This document shows, in pieces, positions 12,232 to 24,887 of a stretch of 64,000 bases of DNA. Source of the stretch: Vicugna vicugna (Eukaryota); the NCBI GenBank assembly GCA_013265495.1, contig MU057880.1, forward strand, positions 1,146,527 through 1,210,526, read 5' to 3'. The notes under the pieces were generated by a model that ran no database searches, was not told the DNA's origin, and saw nothing but the letters and a program-made list of their open reading frames with translations. The position numbers were made by a program, and so were the translations under genes. Numbering within the stretch: position 1 is the first letter of the stretch; the number at the start of each line of letters is the position of its first letter.

Positions 12232-14174
12232 AAGAAATTCTGGAGAAAATACATGTTGTAAGCACAAACCAGGATGGATAACCAAGGATTTCCATCTTTG
12301 AGAGCTTGTGGGTTGAAAAAAAAAATATCCTTTAAAAGAAACAAGGCAGATTACTAAAACGGCCCTGATGGGCCTGAAAACCATCATTTGTTATTTTATT
12401 TATGTCTCCATCCCAGATGCTGGAGTGAAGAAAGAAAAGATTTTTGGGTTCAACCCAGAGTTAGGGACTGGTAAAGCAAGTTAAATGGAAGGAAAAGTAG
12501 AGCAAGGAACGGAGCACGCTGGTGCAAAAATAGTTGAGGTCATTTGTCATGTTGCCCTGGCTGGAAAAGGAAGTAAGTGAATCCAGCAGAGGCCAGATGG
12601 GCTGAAGGATTGGATGTGACCAAGCAGAAGGGGATTTGGATGGGGAGGACAAGTGTAATAGTAGTAACGGGCTGAACGCTACCATCAGTCTTGAAATGAA
12701 GGGTCAAAAATACTATGGCTATAACATTTATTTATATTTATTTACTCATTTATGCAACAAATGTTTCTAGTGGCTTATTATTAGAGCTGAGAGAACCCAT
12801 TCTCACATTTTCAGAAGTTTTGCCCACTTTCAGTGGTTAAATCTGAGACCGTTGGTCATCAAAATATTAGCAGTTTTTATGTGTGCGTTATAATGGTGAT
12901 GCTAACAAGAACTTTTGGAAGAGATATTCCAAGCCAAGCCCTCCTGGGTTCTTGCTGATAGTTACCCCATTCCAAAGGACATGTTTCATAGTATCTTGCC
13001 CAAGGGTCTTATTTTAATTTTTAATGTAATAGAGTCCTCAATGCCTCGTGCCAAAAATTAAAATTCTAAATTGGATAAATTTTTATGTCAAATATGAGAA
13101 ACATATGTGTGTATCATCCCATGTTGGACAGTCATTTCCAGGCACTTAAACTGACCTTAAGGTTGGAGACATGTTTAATAGAGAAGCCCTGATCCAACTA
13201 CTTGGACATAAAAACAACAGGCTAGATATTCACATGTCTTTGACCTTAAGCTATTGTCAGCCAATAATGCAGAAAATGAACTGTAATGTTTTCCCCACTA
13301 TGAGTTTATTTCACTCTCCATTTTTATTATTAGATCTTAATATTTACTCTGGTCAAGGGGCTACTGGCTGGTCTAAAGATAAAAAATTTTAAGACTAACT
13401 CCACACCCGAGGAATTATTGTCTGGTACATGTGTTGATTATAAAAGATTGATTACACATCTCTTACATAAAGTATTGCAAAGAACGTCATCATCTTCAAA
13501 TACACGGTGGCAATGGTGAAGTGTGTATGTGAGGGTGTGTGTGAGGCACTGGTGGAAAGGAAAAATAATAGTTTTTAAAACGTACAAGTAAAATTTTGAG
13601 AGATCTCATTAGAGCTATGCTGTTGAAGCTGCTGATTAACTTACAATAACTAATTTTTTGAGCAGGTGGGTTTCCTACAGAAAATGACATATGTAATTAC
13701 TCTTGCTTTTGCCAAGTTTGTTCTCATGGACTTCTGACAATGTGTATGTTAGTAGTGGATTTTTGAATTCCACAGGAATTTGGAAGAAGTTTAAATTACT
13801 CATGACAAGAAATGTATCAAATACAAAAATATTTTTAAAGAAAAATAATATAAACCTCACAAATTTTACATTTTTTGTGTGTAGCCTTCCGTTCCAGGTG
13901 TCACCAGAGTATTCTTCGATTATTTTCTTCGATAAAATTTTCAAGCCAACCACACATAGGCAGCAGTAAGGAGATGGTGTGATTTCACAGATGCTGGCAA
14001 AACCTTTAACTTATGCAGGGTTTTCTCTCTCAGCAATGATGCCGGAAATTCACCTCTTTCCCTCCATGAACAAATCATATCCACATTTCACAACCAGTTC
14101 CGATGTTACTTTCTTACAGACCTTCCGAATCCTTTCCACTGAAAGTGCCTTTCTCTACCATGTCGTGTCTCCAT

Positions 14175-14410
14175 CTACATTCTCAATGATATCGTCCCCA
14201 AAGAAGTGACTACTGGCTTTTGTTTAGGGGAGGGTGAAAAAGTCTTGGATATTACAATGGTTTGTGGTCCTCCAAAACTCAGCTGTCCCCTCTCCCAATC
14301 TTATTATGAAATATTTAATTTCCTGGAGAAGGAGAAAGCAATTAGGAAAAAAGATGGTGGGAAAAGGTTCCTCAGAGGGGTGATAATGAACAAAAGTTTG
14401 AGAAACACTG
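14175..14410 (+). mobile_element. hAT-Charlie MITE (MER112-like)
   Basis: Ends ctacattctcaatgatatcgtcccc... and ...ggggtgataatgaacaaaagtttgagaaacactg match the recalled MER112/Charlie9 termini. Confidence 0.65.
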
Positions 14411-14789
14411 TTCTACATTGTAAAGTGTGTGCATTATTTGTACTTCCTCCCCATCACTATATGTCACTACAGCTTATGTATCTCGAGTGGACTTGAACTA
14501 TTTGTGTGTGCATGTGTGTACCACTATACCCTGTTCACTGTTCACAATAAACAAAGTCAATTAGCTCTTTTGAGGCAAGATCTACAGCTTATTCATGGAT
14601 ATATTTCCCATGTGTAGTGTATTTTCCACGTGAGCTAAAAATCCCCTCATTTTTATATTAGATACAAAATTAAAATAAAGTTCTTTACTGCTTACAAAAG
14701 AATCCACTAAAGAAAAATGTACACAGAAAGGTTGAAAAAAAAAAGAGATGTTAAAAAAAAAACCAAGATTAACCAAAAGTGCCTGGTGC

Positions 14790-14990
14790 AGTGATACTAA
14801 ACATCAGGCAAAATAGATTTTAAAGTAGAATTAACAAAATTTAATTTAAGTGAAGAGGGGTGCTATACAATAATAAACATGATATAGTTGTGTATATACC
14901 TACCAACTTAACCTTAAAATACAGAAAGCAAAAATTAACCTAATTACAAAAAGAAATTAATAAACTACAACTATAGTGTAAGATAAAAAA
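14790..14990 (+). mobile_element. Old L1 ORF2 endonuclease-region fragment
   Basis: A-rich; gatactaaacatcaggcaaaatagattttaaag...tatatacctaccaac...aaaatacagaaagcaaaaattaac. Confidence 0.55.
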
Positions 14991-15884
14991 ACTCATTATT
15001 GATTTTAATTTCCACTCAAACACTGTGTCTTATGATCTTCCATGTCTGGCTAGTCCCCCTTCCCCTGCGCCGTCACCTGAATAAATGGTTATAAGAAGGA
15101 TTGGGGAAATCATTACCGTATATCTTTGCTGTGAGGCTGCGGGGTCCTAGTTCATTGGGTTTTCCCATTCCTTCAGTCAATGAGTTCCAGATGTGAAAAC
15201 TGGCTCATGCGCTGAAACAGGGCCGTGGATCTGATTTTTAATTGTAGGGGCTGCCCCCCTTGGCTTCCCAATCATTCTTCCTTGATTTTGATTGTATAAA
15301 TCTGTGTTGTCCAATACAGTCACTCCATACGGCTTTTCAATTTTAAAAAAGTAGAAAAGAGTTACACCAGCCACATTTCCAGGATTGCTCATTTTCAGAA
15401 TCTCTCCACTAAATCACTGGCAAAAAGTGAACCCTTGAGCTTGCAAAGCTATGGGATTTCTCCGTTTGCTTTCCACTAAACTCACAACTTTCATATGGCA
15501 AAGAAAGCATTTCTTCCCTCTGCCCCCAAATTGAGTCTGCCCTCTGGCAGCAAAACTGCCGGTCATTAACCACCAAGCTTGGGGAAGGAGGGAGCTGTCC
15601 CAGGCAAGAGTCTCTGGCCACAGACTCCCCACTGTCCCAGCATTTTGTCAAGTAGAAATGCCTTTCAATTTGTTGTTTGCCTTTGGCAATTTCTAATGCC
15701 CTAGATTAATGCTTTTTGACACTCCCCCCTTTTATATTATTCTTTGGGGAGAGAAATCACTGATCTCTTCACACGCTCCCAGTCAGAAGTGCCCCCAAGG
15801 ACGTGTTTTTAGTTAGTATGGTCATTAACATAGAGTTAATTTCTCAGGCAGATAATGCCGTTGATACAAGTGCCTATTACACAG

Positions 15885-16426
15885 ATGAAATGAAATCATA
15901 TCACTTTTCTGGCAAAACCTTTTAGAAAAGTACCTCCTTGTCTTTCTCAGATTAGAAGTCCATGTTGTCTCACTGGTCTACCAGGTTCCACGCCATCGAC
16001 ACCACCACCCACCCCATTTCTCTGACCGCATTTCCCAGGACCATGATGACTGCTTCCCCTGTTCCAGGCACACTAGCCTCCTTGCCGGTTCTCTGGTGCC
16101 AATAACACCCCTCTCACGGACTTTTCACTTGCTGCCCCTCTGCCTGGAGGGTTCTTCCCCAGGGCATCCATGTGGCTGACCCTCCCACTTCTCATCAGTG
16201 AGCCTTCCTGACCAGGACACAGTAGATCCACACCCCCTTGTCCAGCACATCCTTGCTTTGCCTCCCCACAGCACTTGTAACATCTGACAAAGTAGATATT
16301 CCTGTACCATCTACCCCAATCTGACAGCTTCTCAAGGGAACTTTTCCTCCTGCTGTATCCTGATACCCAAAGGATGCCTGGTACAGCCCAGATTTTCAGC
16401 ACATATTTACTGAATTAATTGAATGC
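15885..16426 (+). mobile_element. L2 3' portion
   Basis: cacttgctgcccctctgcctggagggttcttcccc...cagcacttgtaacatctgaca...catatttactgaattaattgaatg (L2 3' end). Confidence 0.75.
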
Positions 16427-16892
16427 ACGGCTATACCCTGGACTCAGCAAGGTGAAGAGAAATACACCAGAACTGCAAGACAGCCGTAAAGATGATCAGA
16501 TTGAATAACTTCTCCTCTCTCATCGCCCCTCCACAGGTAAAAATGCTTTAATGGGGACACTGGTTACACTTGTAGGATTTCTCCCTCTTGTTTCTCACCA
16601 ACCACTACAAATGTGGTTGGTCATGTGACCGAATTAGGCGGAAGTGAGCTTGGAAAGTGCAGTGAAAGCTTTTGTCATGACGTAAACCTCAGGAAAATCT
16701 TCTGTATGTGCCTTGAACTTGAGACATGTCATTGTTTACTGTCATGTGCTACGAAGTCAGTAAAGAGTCCCAAGTTTCTATGGTTCATAGCTGCCCCTGC
16801 TTAATTACCTGAAGGTCCCAGTGAGGCCATGGCTCCTGAGGGGAAGCCTTTGATGATGATGATGTAATAATGAGGATGATTATGATGTTAAT

Positions 16893-17130
16893 AATAATAA
16901 CTAACATTTATTTGAAATTGCTCAGTGCCAGGCACTGTTAGAAGCATTTTACATGCATTATCTTATTTGATCCTTCTAACAACTCTATGGTGCAGGTGCT
17001 ATTATTTTTTATTAATAATATTTGTGACGATGATGCCCATTTTCCTGATGAGGAAACTGAAGCCCAGAGAAGCAATTTCTTGGGTACCAGAGCAGGAAAG
17101 TTAAGGACTGAAATGAGTGGCACAAGAGTT
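16893..17130 (-). mobile_element. MIR SINE
   Basis: taacatttatt...gtgccaggcactgtt...cccattttcctgatgaggaaactgaagcccagaga; near full-length reverse MIR. Confidence 0.85.
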
Positions 17131-17254
17131 GAGCACTACTGGACAGAGATGGAACAATACCACTGTTTCCTCTGTCCCTACCCCAGGAAAACTTGCAGAT
17201 TGTTATATTAAAGCCACGCAGCTGTGGCCCTGAGCCTAAGAGGATCCCTCTAGA

Positions 17255-17397
17255 CCGGTGGTTCTCTGCCTCCCAGGGGATGTCTGGAGATATTTTTGAT
17301 TGTCATAAAGAGGGTGGGAGAGGGTGTCTCTACTGGCATCTAGTAGGCAGAGGCCAGGGATACAGCTAAACATCCTACAAGGCACAGGACAACCCCT
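17255..17397. mobile_element. hAT-Charlie MITE (MER20-like), truncated by L1
   Basis: tgtctggagatatttttgattgtca...ctactggcatctagtaggcagaggccagggatacagctaaacatcctacaaggcacaggaca. Confidence 0.8.
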
Positions 17398-17399
17398 AG

Positions 17400-18710
17400 C
17401 CTGTGGTCTTTTCTTTTCTGCTTAGAAGTTCCCTTTAACATTTATTGTAAGGTTGGTTTAGTGGTGCTGAAGTCTTTTAGGTTTTGCATGTCTGTAAAAC
17501 TCTGTCTCCTTCAAATCTGAATGAGAGCCTTGCTGAGTACAGTAATCTTGGTTGTAGGTTTTTTCCTTTCATCACTTTAAATATATCATGCCACTCCCGT
17601 CTGACTGCAGAGTTCCTGTGGAAAAGTCAGCTGACAGTCTTATGGGAGTTCCCTTGCACATAATAGATTTTCTTTTGCCTCTTTTAAGCTTCTCTCTTTA
17701 TTTATTGCCATTTCAATAATGATATGTCTTGGTGTGGACAAACTTTTGAGTTTGTCTTGATCAGGATTCTCTGTGTTTGCTGGACCTGGATGTCTGTTTC
17801 CTTTACCAGGTTAGGGAAGTTTTCAGCTATTATTGCTTCAGATAAGTTTTCTGCCCCTTCCTCTCCCCTGGATTCTTATCATGTGAATGATAGTCCACTT
17901 GATGTTACCCCAGAAGGCAATTAAACTGTCCTCGTTTTTTAAAATTCTCTTTTCTTTTTTCTGCTCCGCATCAGTGATTTCCACTCCTCTGTTTTCCAGT
18001 TCACTGTTCCTTTCTTCTGTATTATCTAATCCACTCTGGACTCCTAGTGTGTTTTTAAATTTCAGTTATTGTGCTGCTCAGCTCTGTTTGGGTCTTCTTT
18101 CTACTTTTTAACTCTCTGTTAAACCTCTCACTCTGTTCATTTATTCCTTTCCTGAGTTTATGATGATTACTTTGAACTCCCTACTGTGTATATTTCTTAT
18201 CTCCACTTCACTTAGTTCTTCTTCTGGGGTTTTATCTTCTTCCTTCATTTGGAAAAGTCTTTGTCACCTAAGTGTGAATTCTCTGTGTTTATTTCTATGC
18301 ATTAGGTGGATTGGTTATGATTACCGATCTTGGAGGAATGACCTTAAGTAGGGGACATCCTATGGGACCCAGCATCACACTCCCTTCTGGTCACCAGAGC
18401 TATAAAATCTAAGGCTGCCCTCGATGTGGGCTGAGTGGGCCCTTCTATCCTGTTGTGGTGGTTGGACTACTGTGGGTGTGCTGGTAGGGGTGCTGGTCCC
18501 CAGCCCAGTTGGCTGCCAGGTCTGCCTTGTGTGGTGGCTGCTGTGTTGCTGGGTCCTGGTGTGGCTGGTTGCAAGGACTGGGGAGTCATGGGTCTGGTTC
18601 TTGCCCACTTGTAGGTGAGAATAGACCCCATGGCGCAGCTGACTGTGGGCCAGGGGGGTCCCAGGGAAGCTGGCTGCATGATCTAGGGGGTCCTATGGCT
18701 GGTGCTGCCA
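17400..18710 (-). mobile_element. L1 ORF1 and 5' region fragment
   Basis: T-rich antisense ORF1 sequence (ttcaaatctgaatgagagccttgctgagtacagtaatcttggttgtagg...ccaggttagggaagttttcagctattatt) followed by a GC-richer 5' UTR-like part. Confidence 0.8.
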
Positions 18711-20953
18711 ACATAAATCAAAAAACTGAGAAACTTTCCACAAGTTTTAACATGGGAGAATTTTTTTTTATTATCTCCATATGTCAGGTATACATTTTAA
18801 TTTTCTTCCTATTATTTGGTGTTTCTCTCCATTCTATCTATTTTACTAGACTCAGCCAAACATTGGATATACTGAAAACAAAAGCAGAGAAGTAGCAACA
18901 AAAACTTTTGTAATAAAAGAGGCATGAAGACACATTCCATTATTGGAGTAGGCATTGCATTAGTCTCTTTATAATGGTATAACAAAATTTTTTAGACTGG
19001 TGACTTAAACAACAAGCATTTATGTTTCACAGTTTTGCAGGCTGGGGATCCTAAGATATTTGGGGATTTGATGGTATGAATCTGACTCACGAGGGTATGT
19101 GGATTTCTTACCAGTTACAGAAGAGCTATAGAAAAAAAATATAAAATTACTAGATTTTTTTAAAAGGGATGAAAGCAGAGTGATTTATTTAAAATGTACC
19201 TCATTATCTTAGTTAAGTGAAACATCAGAACACCAAAATCAAAACAATATTTTGGATTTTTTTATTTTTAGATAATCCAGCATTTTTTCCATTCAGTTCC
19301 TTCAATTTAAACCTCTTTTCAAAAAGGAATGTATGCTCATGATTCATAATGAAGATTTAGACCTATGAGAGGATTCCCCTTGGCTTGACCCTCTCTGCCT
19401 TTCAGTCCTGGTGTCCTTAGGGGACCATTTCCAACATCCTTAGCTGTTTCCTCCAGTGTTTATTTCCATGTTTCTCAATGATACGTGCTTACAGTTATTT
19501 TTATTGATCAGTCTGAGACCTCTCTGACTTCCTGTTTTGGTAGATGAGAATGCAGCTGGGTGAGTGCACCTTCCCCTTTCCTCCTGATGTAGTTATGACA
19601 ACATATCTTTCATTCTACTTCTCACTGCGCAGTTGTGTAACTGCCCGCTTCTCAGGGTCCCAGCTGTTGGGGGCATGGGTCCAGGGTTGACTTAAGCATG
19701 TGTCTCTCAGGAATCCAAAAACAAGCCCCCTTTTCAATGCTCCCAGGGATCTTTAGGAGACAAGCAGCTTTTTCTCATAAAAGCTTTAAAAAAAAGTTTC
19801 AATGAACTCCTTTTTATTACAGGATAGAACTATTAAACCATTTCTTAAAAGATGTTCTCAAGCGTTCATTTTTGGACATACCCCCATTCGGAAGGGGGCC
19901 ACCTTCTATGCCTCAAACGTGATTTACTGTTCCAAGGATCCGCCTCCAATTATTCCAAGATACTCACCATCCCCTCCGAATTGGAGCCACCTCCCATGAT
20001 TCCCAGGGGGATATCAGACACACGTCCAGCCAGAGAAGAGAAAGAGGCAGAAACAGAAGGCCAGGTTTCATCTGTAGCTGGGCATCCCACCACCACAGCA
20101 GATGACCTTCCTGGGTGATTACAAAGAAAGAACCCTTCACTTAGAGCTATAGGTTGGTCTTAAAACTGGTTTGCTTTAAAGAAATGCCTCTAGACACTTT
20201 CCACACAGGCACAGAGAAGTGCAGGGCTGAGCAATAGTTAAGGTGATCAAACAAAACAACCAAAAATTCAATGTGTTCAGCATTCAGAAATGTGAACATT
20301 TTAAATTAGAATCTCTCTCTCTTCTCTGATAAGCTTGATTTTTTTTCCTCTGCTTGGACTAGAGCTGCCTCCTCCTCTTCTCTTCTGGAACATTTTCTTC
20401 TTCAACAATATAAAGCTATGTGTCATGCTCTAGATATGTGGCCCCAGGCTTTCCTGGCGGGGATAGCCAATTGCACTGAGGGACCCTATGGCGTGGCCAC
20501 CTCGACCTGGAGGGAGACCTGTGGCTTTTGACTTGACTGTTTCTGGCTGACTCTCTCCCCCATGGCATAGCCAGTTCAGATTTTAGTAGATTAATTTTCA
20601 CCTTTACAAGTCTGGAACTTGGATTAATGAGAATAAAGCTAACTCTCCCTTTGATGGCAAAGCACACACATGCCTCTTCTGCAAGGTGTGTGAGAACCCG
20701 GGAGCATCACACACCCTTGCCTTTGTCCTGATGTCTCCTCCCTGCCTTTACTGTCCGTGTGCAGCCTCCTCAGTGGGCCCCTCCTGGACGTCTGCGTGGT
20801 GATGTCTCTAGGCGGAGTTAATGGCTCCATTTTTCTGGGTTTTGTTTTCATAACATTTTGTCCATATCTCTGTAATGGTTCTTTTTAACACCACCCAGTA
20901 ATTTATTTTCTTATTTTCTGATTCCTCTATCCACTTGAGGAAAAGGCCCATTT

Positions 20954-21842
20954 ATTTATCTTTTTCCAGAATAATTTTCTTTTATTGAACTATAGTTGAT
21001 TTACAAGACTATATTGGTTTCAGGTGCACAACCTAGTGATTCAATATTTTCATAGATTATACTCCATTTAAAGTTGTTTGAAAGTTGTAGCTGTATTCTC
21101 TGTGCTGTAAAACATGTTTTTCTTGCTTATTTATTTTATACATAGTAGTTTGTGTCTCAGTCCCCTACCCCTGTCTTGCCCCTCCCACTTCCTCCCTCTC
21201 CCCACTGGTAACCACAAGTTTGCTCTCTGTATCTGTGAGTCTTTTTCTGTTTTGTTATATACATTTATTTGTTGTATATTTTAGATTCCACATATAAGTG
21301 TTAACATAGAGTATTTGTCTTTCTCTGTCTGATTTATTTCACTGAGCATAATACTCTCTAGGTCCATCTATGTTGCTGCAAATGGCATTATTTTAATTTT
21401 TATGGGTGAGTAGTATTCCATTGTATAAATATACCTCTTCTTCTTTATACAGTCATCTGTTGGACATTTAGGTTGCTTCCATATCTTGGTTATTGTACAC
21501 AATGCTGCTATGAACATTGGGGTGCATGTACATTTTCACATTAGTGTTTTTGTTATCTTCGATAAATATCCAGGAGCAGAATTGCCGGATCATATGGTCA
21601 TCTTATTTTTAGCTTCTTGAGGAACCTCCATACTGTTTTCCATAGTGACTGCAGCAATTTACATTCCTACCAGCATGTGCAAGGGCTCCCTTTTCTCCAC
21701 ATTCTCACTAACATTTGTTATTTGGAGACTTTCTGATGACAGCCGTCCTGACAGGTGTGAGCTGACACTTCACTGTGGTTTGGATTTGCATTTCTCTGAT
21801 GATTAGTGATGTTGAGCATCTTTTCGTGTGTCTGCTGGCCAC
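20954..21842 (-). mobile_element. L1 3' UTR/ORF2 end insertion with TSD, nested in L2
   Basis: Antisense L1 3' end; perfect 13-bp TSD aaaaggcccattt at 20941-20953 and 21843-21855. Confidence 0.9.
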
Positions 21843-22552
21843 AAAAGGCCCATTTCGTAAGTAACTTTGTGTTCATTGTACTTAACTCAGTGCCTGAGTC
21901 AAAACAGTGGTTAAAGTGCTTATTGGAGAAATGAATAAATTGATTCCAAGATGGCGCCCTGGGAACATTCTATAGTTTATTCTATTCCTTCCAGAGAATA
22001 TAATGCCTAGCCTGTATTACACCTCAGGGGAGAGTAACTGTCTGACCCAAAATAGCCGTAGACTACCAGAGAACTCAACCAGAAGTGTTCAGGTGTGTTT
22101 TTGAGAAATATTGTTCTTCCAGGGACCAAAGGTCTTTCCTCTGTGAGTGACACTGAGAGAACAGAGTAACTGTCTTGGTGTCTGCCCCTCATCCACACTG
22201 GGCAGCCCCTTTCTTCATTTTGCCAATGACATTCATTCCAAATTTTCCGTTGGCAACTAACTGATTGACACCTTTTTTTGAAGAAAGAGCAAAATGAAAC
22301 ATTTTGACAGATAAGGCATGTTATAATAAAAAAAAAAGAGGCTTTTTTCCAAATAGCCTCTAAAATTTGGAGGATTATGTCATCCATCCAGCATCAAAAT
22401 TGTGATTAGTAGGGAAAGCATTGATTTGTAAATTTGTGTAAATAAGACTGCAGGTAGAAACTGGAAACTGGGGCACCTTGTACATCCTGTGCATCTGAAT
22501 GACTAGTTTCTAGATTCTTTGCAACTAATATTTATCTCATTGCTTAACCATT

Positions 22553-22960
22553 TGTATTAGTTTCCTTGGGCTGCTCTCTAACAAATTACCATGAATTTGG
22601 TGGCTTAAAACAATGTAAATGTATTCTCTCACAGTTCCCTTCTGCATCTTTTCTGGATTCTGGAAGCTGCTGGCAATCCTTGATATCTCTTGGCCTGTAG
22701 ACTCACCACACCCATCTCTGTTCTATCTTTCCCTCACCTTCTCTGTGTGTCTGTGTCTCAAATCTGTCTCTCCCTTTTCTTATAAGGATACCAGTCATTG
22801 ACTTTACTGCCTGCTCTAAATCTGGCATGATATCATCTCAAGATCCTTAACTTCATCAAAGTTGCAAAGACCCTGTTTCCAAATAAGGTCACATTCACAG
22901 ATACCAGAATTAGGATTTGGGCATATTTTTTGGGAAGATACAATTCCATCCATTCCACCA
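22553..22960 (-). mobile_element. MaLR solo LTR (MLT1C/D-like)
   Basis: tgtattagtttccttgggctgct...ggtggcttaaaacaa...ttcttataaggataccagtcattg...gcaaagaccctgtttccaaataaggtcacattcacag. Confidence 0.85.
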
Positions 22961-23288
22961 GCTATGGCTTTTAAAAATTTCTGCATTATATAAAAACCCC
23001 ACTAGATTTTGTATATATTAAGGATATGATTACAGAAGCAAAGTAAAGTGAAAAGTTGAGGTACTTATCTGGAAAATTCTGGGAAAATGGTCAGTTTTGA
23101 TTCATGTGGCTGAATATTTTAGGCCATATGTACTTTGCAAATTTGTGTGATGCTTTGGGCAGCTTTACTTAGTCTTAAGAAATATGGAGTTGAGAAAAAG
23201 ATAAGAACAGCTTGAAAAGGGGGGAAACTTATTATTAGAGACCAGAGAGGTAAGGCTTTTCAGGCTCAAAAGTATTCCAAAGGTCTGG

Positions 23289-23324
23289 TGACTTGTGAAA
23301 GTGACTTGTGAAAATGACTTGTGA
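23289..23324. repeat. Short tandem repeat, 13-bp unit x about 2.8
   Basis: tgacttgtgaaag tgacttgtgaaaa tgacttgtga. Confidence 0.9.
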
Positions 23325-24534
23325 TGTTGTAAAATTACGTGACCATGGATGTGTTTTTTATTTCTTACAGTCTAGAATTCGTACTTAAATCTGTAACTCT
23401 TCAGTTTAAGATATTAACTGGAGTGAGTAATTTAGTTCACATTTATTGAACTCCAGGTGTTCAATTATGAAAAAAATCAGTAAGTGTATTTTCTTCTCCT
23501 TACAAGCTTCCACTGGCCAGTGATGTTTACATGATTGAATGAGACTGTGATTGCTTTAGTCTCAATTCCTTTTAATAACTTACCTGACCTATGATGAATC
23601 AGTATAGTAAATTTTCATTAGCAATGGAGAATTGTATTTATATTTTCTTAAACATTGCACTCTATTTGATGATACTTCTTCCATACAGTAAGTGATTTGA
23701 TGAATTCTTCTAAAATATGCTTTGCTTGGTTAAGGAATTAAAAAAAAGTTTTAAACAAAATACCCAGTTGAGTTCTTATGATTAAAAAAAGAATAAAGTG
23801 TAATCGTTAGTTAAGGAAATTGTACAATAATGAGTCATTGTTTGAATAATTTGTTTTTTATGAAAGTAATGAATAAGAAATCTTTCAAAATATTCAAGAC
23901 CAAGGCAGTAAAAAAGATCATGTTAGGTAGTTTTGGCCTTTTTTATTAACTAAAACACATGGCATATTTACTGCTTTGTAAAGAAATCCTTGGAGCATTT
24001 GATATCTTGGGTTTCTTAACTCATCTGGTCAATTTTGGATTAGAAAATATGAGAAAAAATAAAATTAGAGAAAGTGGAGTTGGAACAAACGTAGTAGAGA
24101 AAGAGAATCATTGTGGAGAGTGTAAACAGTCACCAATAGACGTAAGGGTGTGTGTGTGTGTGAAATGGATCATTGAATGCACTGTTGGCAAATGGAAAAA
24201 GTATAAATATTCTTCCTTTCTACTGTCTAATTTTTTCTCTTCTCCTGTTTTTACCACATTCTAAAAAGTGTTCATATTAATTATTAAAAGCAACATTTAT
24301 GTGATTGGACTGAATTAAAAGTTATATGGCTAAACTGTGTGGTAAGATTCAACTTTAGTAGAAAAGAGGAAACTCTCTCATTGCTCTTAAATATCTAGTT
24401 TGGAGGGGGAAGTACTGCATAAAGACAGTCGACCATATTGGGAAAGTTTGGAGCAAGAAATATGGAAAATGATATCAACCTAGCAGATTTTCTTTACTGC
24501 TTGTGGGAAGACGACGTGTAATGTATATCACATT

Positions 24535-24887
24535 GTATATCCTTTCCCCCTTTGTCATAGATTAAGGGACTATAAGTGTATGGGTTTATTTTTGGGTGTC
24601 TTTAGGATTTTCTATGTATAGTATCATGTCATCTGAAAACAGTAACAGTTTTACTTTTTATTTTCCCATTTGGATTCCTTTTATTTCTTTTTCTTCTCTG
24701 ATTGCTATGTCTAGGACTTCCAAAACTGTGTTGAATATAAGTGGTGAGAATGGACATTCTTGTCTTCTTCCTGAACTTAGAGGAAAGGCCTTCTGCTTTT
24801 CGCTGTCGAATGTGTTACCTGTGGGTTTGTCATATATGGCTTATGTTATGTTGAGGTATGTTTGCTCTATACCCACCTTGTTGAGAG
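24535..24887 (-). mobile_element. L1 ORF2 (RT region) fragments
   Basis: ttttctatgtatagtatcatgtcatctg...ttccaaaactgtgttgaatataagtggtgagaatggacattcttgtctt; antisense ORF2, two non-contiguous pieces. Confidence 0.85.

Noticed and set aside
16620..16686. Cluster of E-box (gtcatgtgac), ETS (ggcggaagtg) and CRE-like (tgacgtaa) motifs
   Set aside because: The arrangement resembles old MLT1J/K or LTR33 consensus sequence; there is no independent evidence of function.
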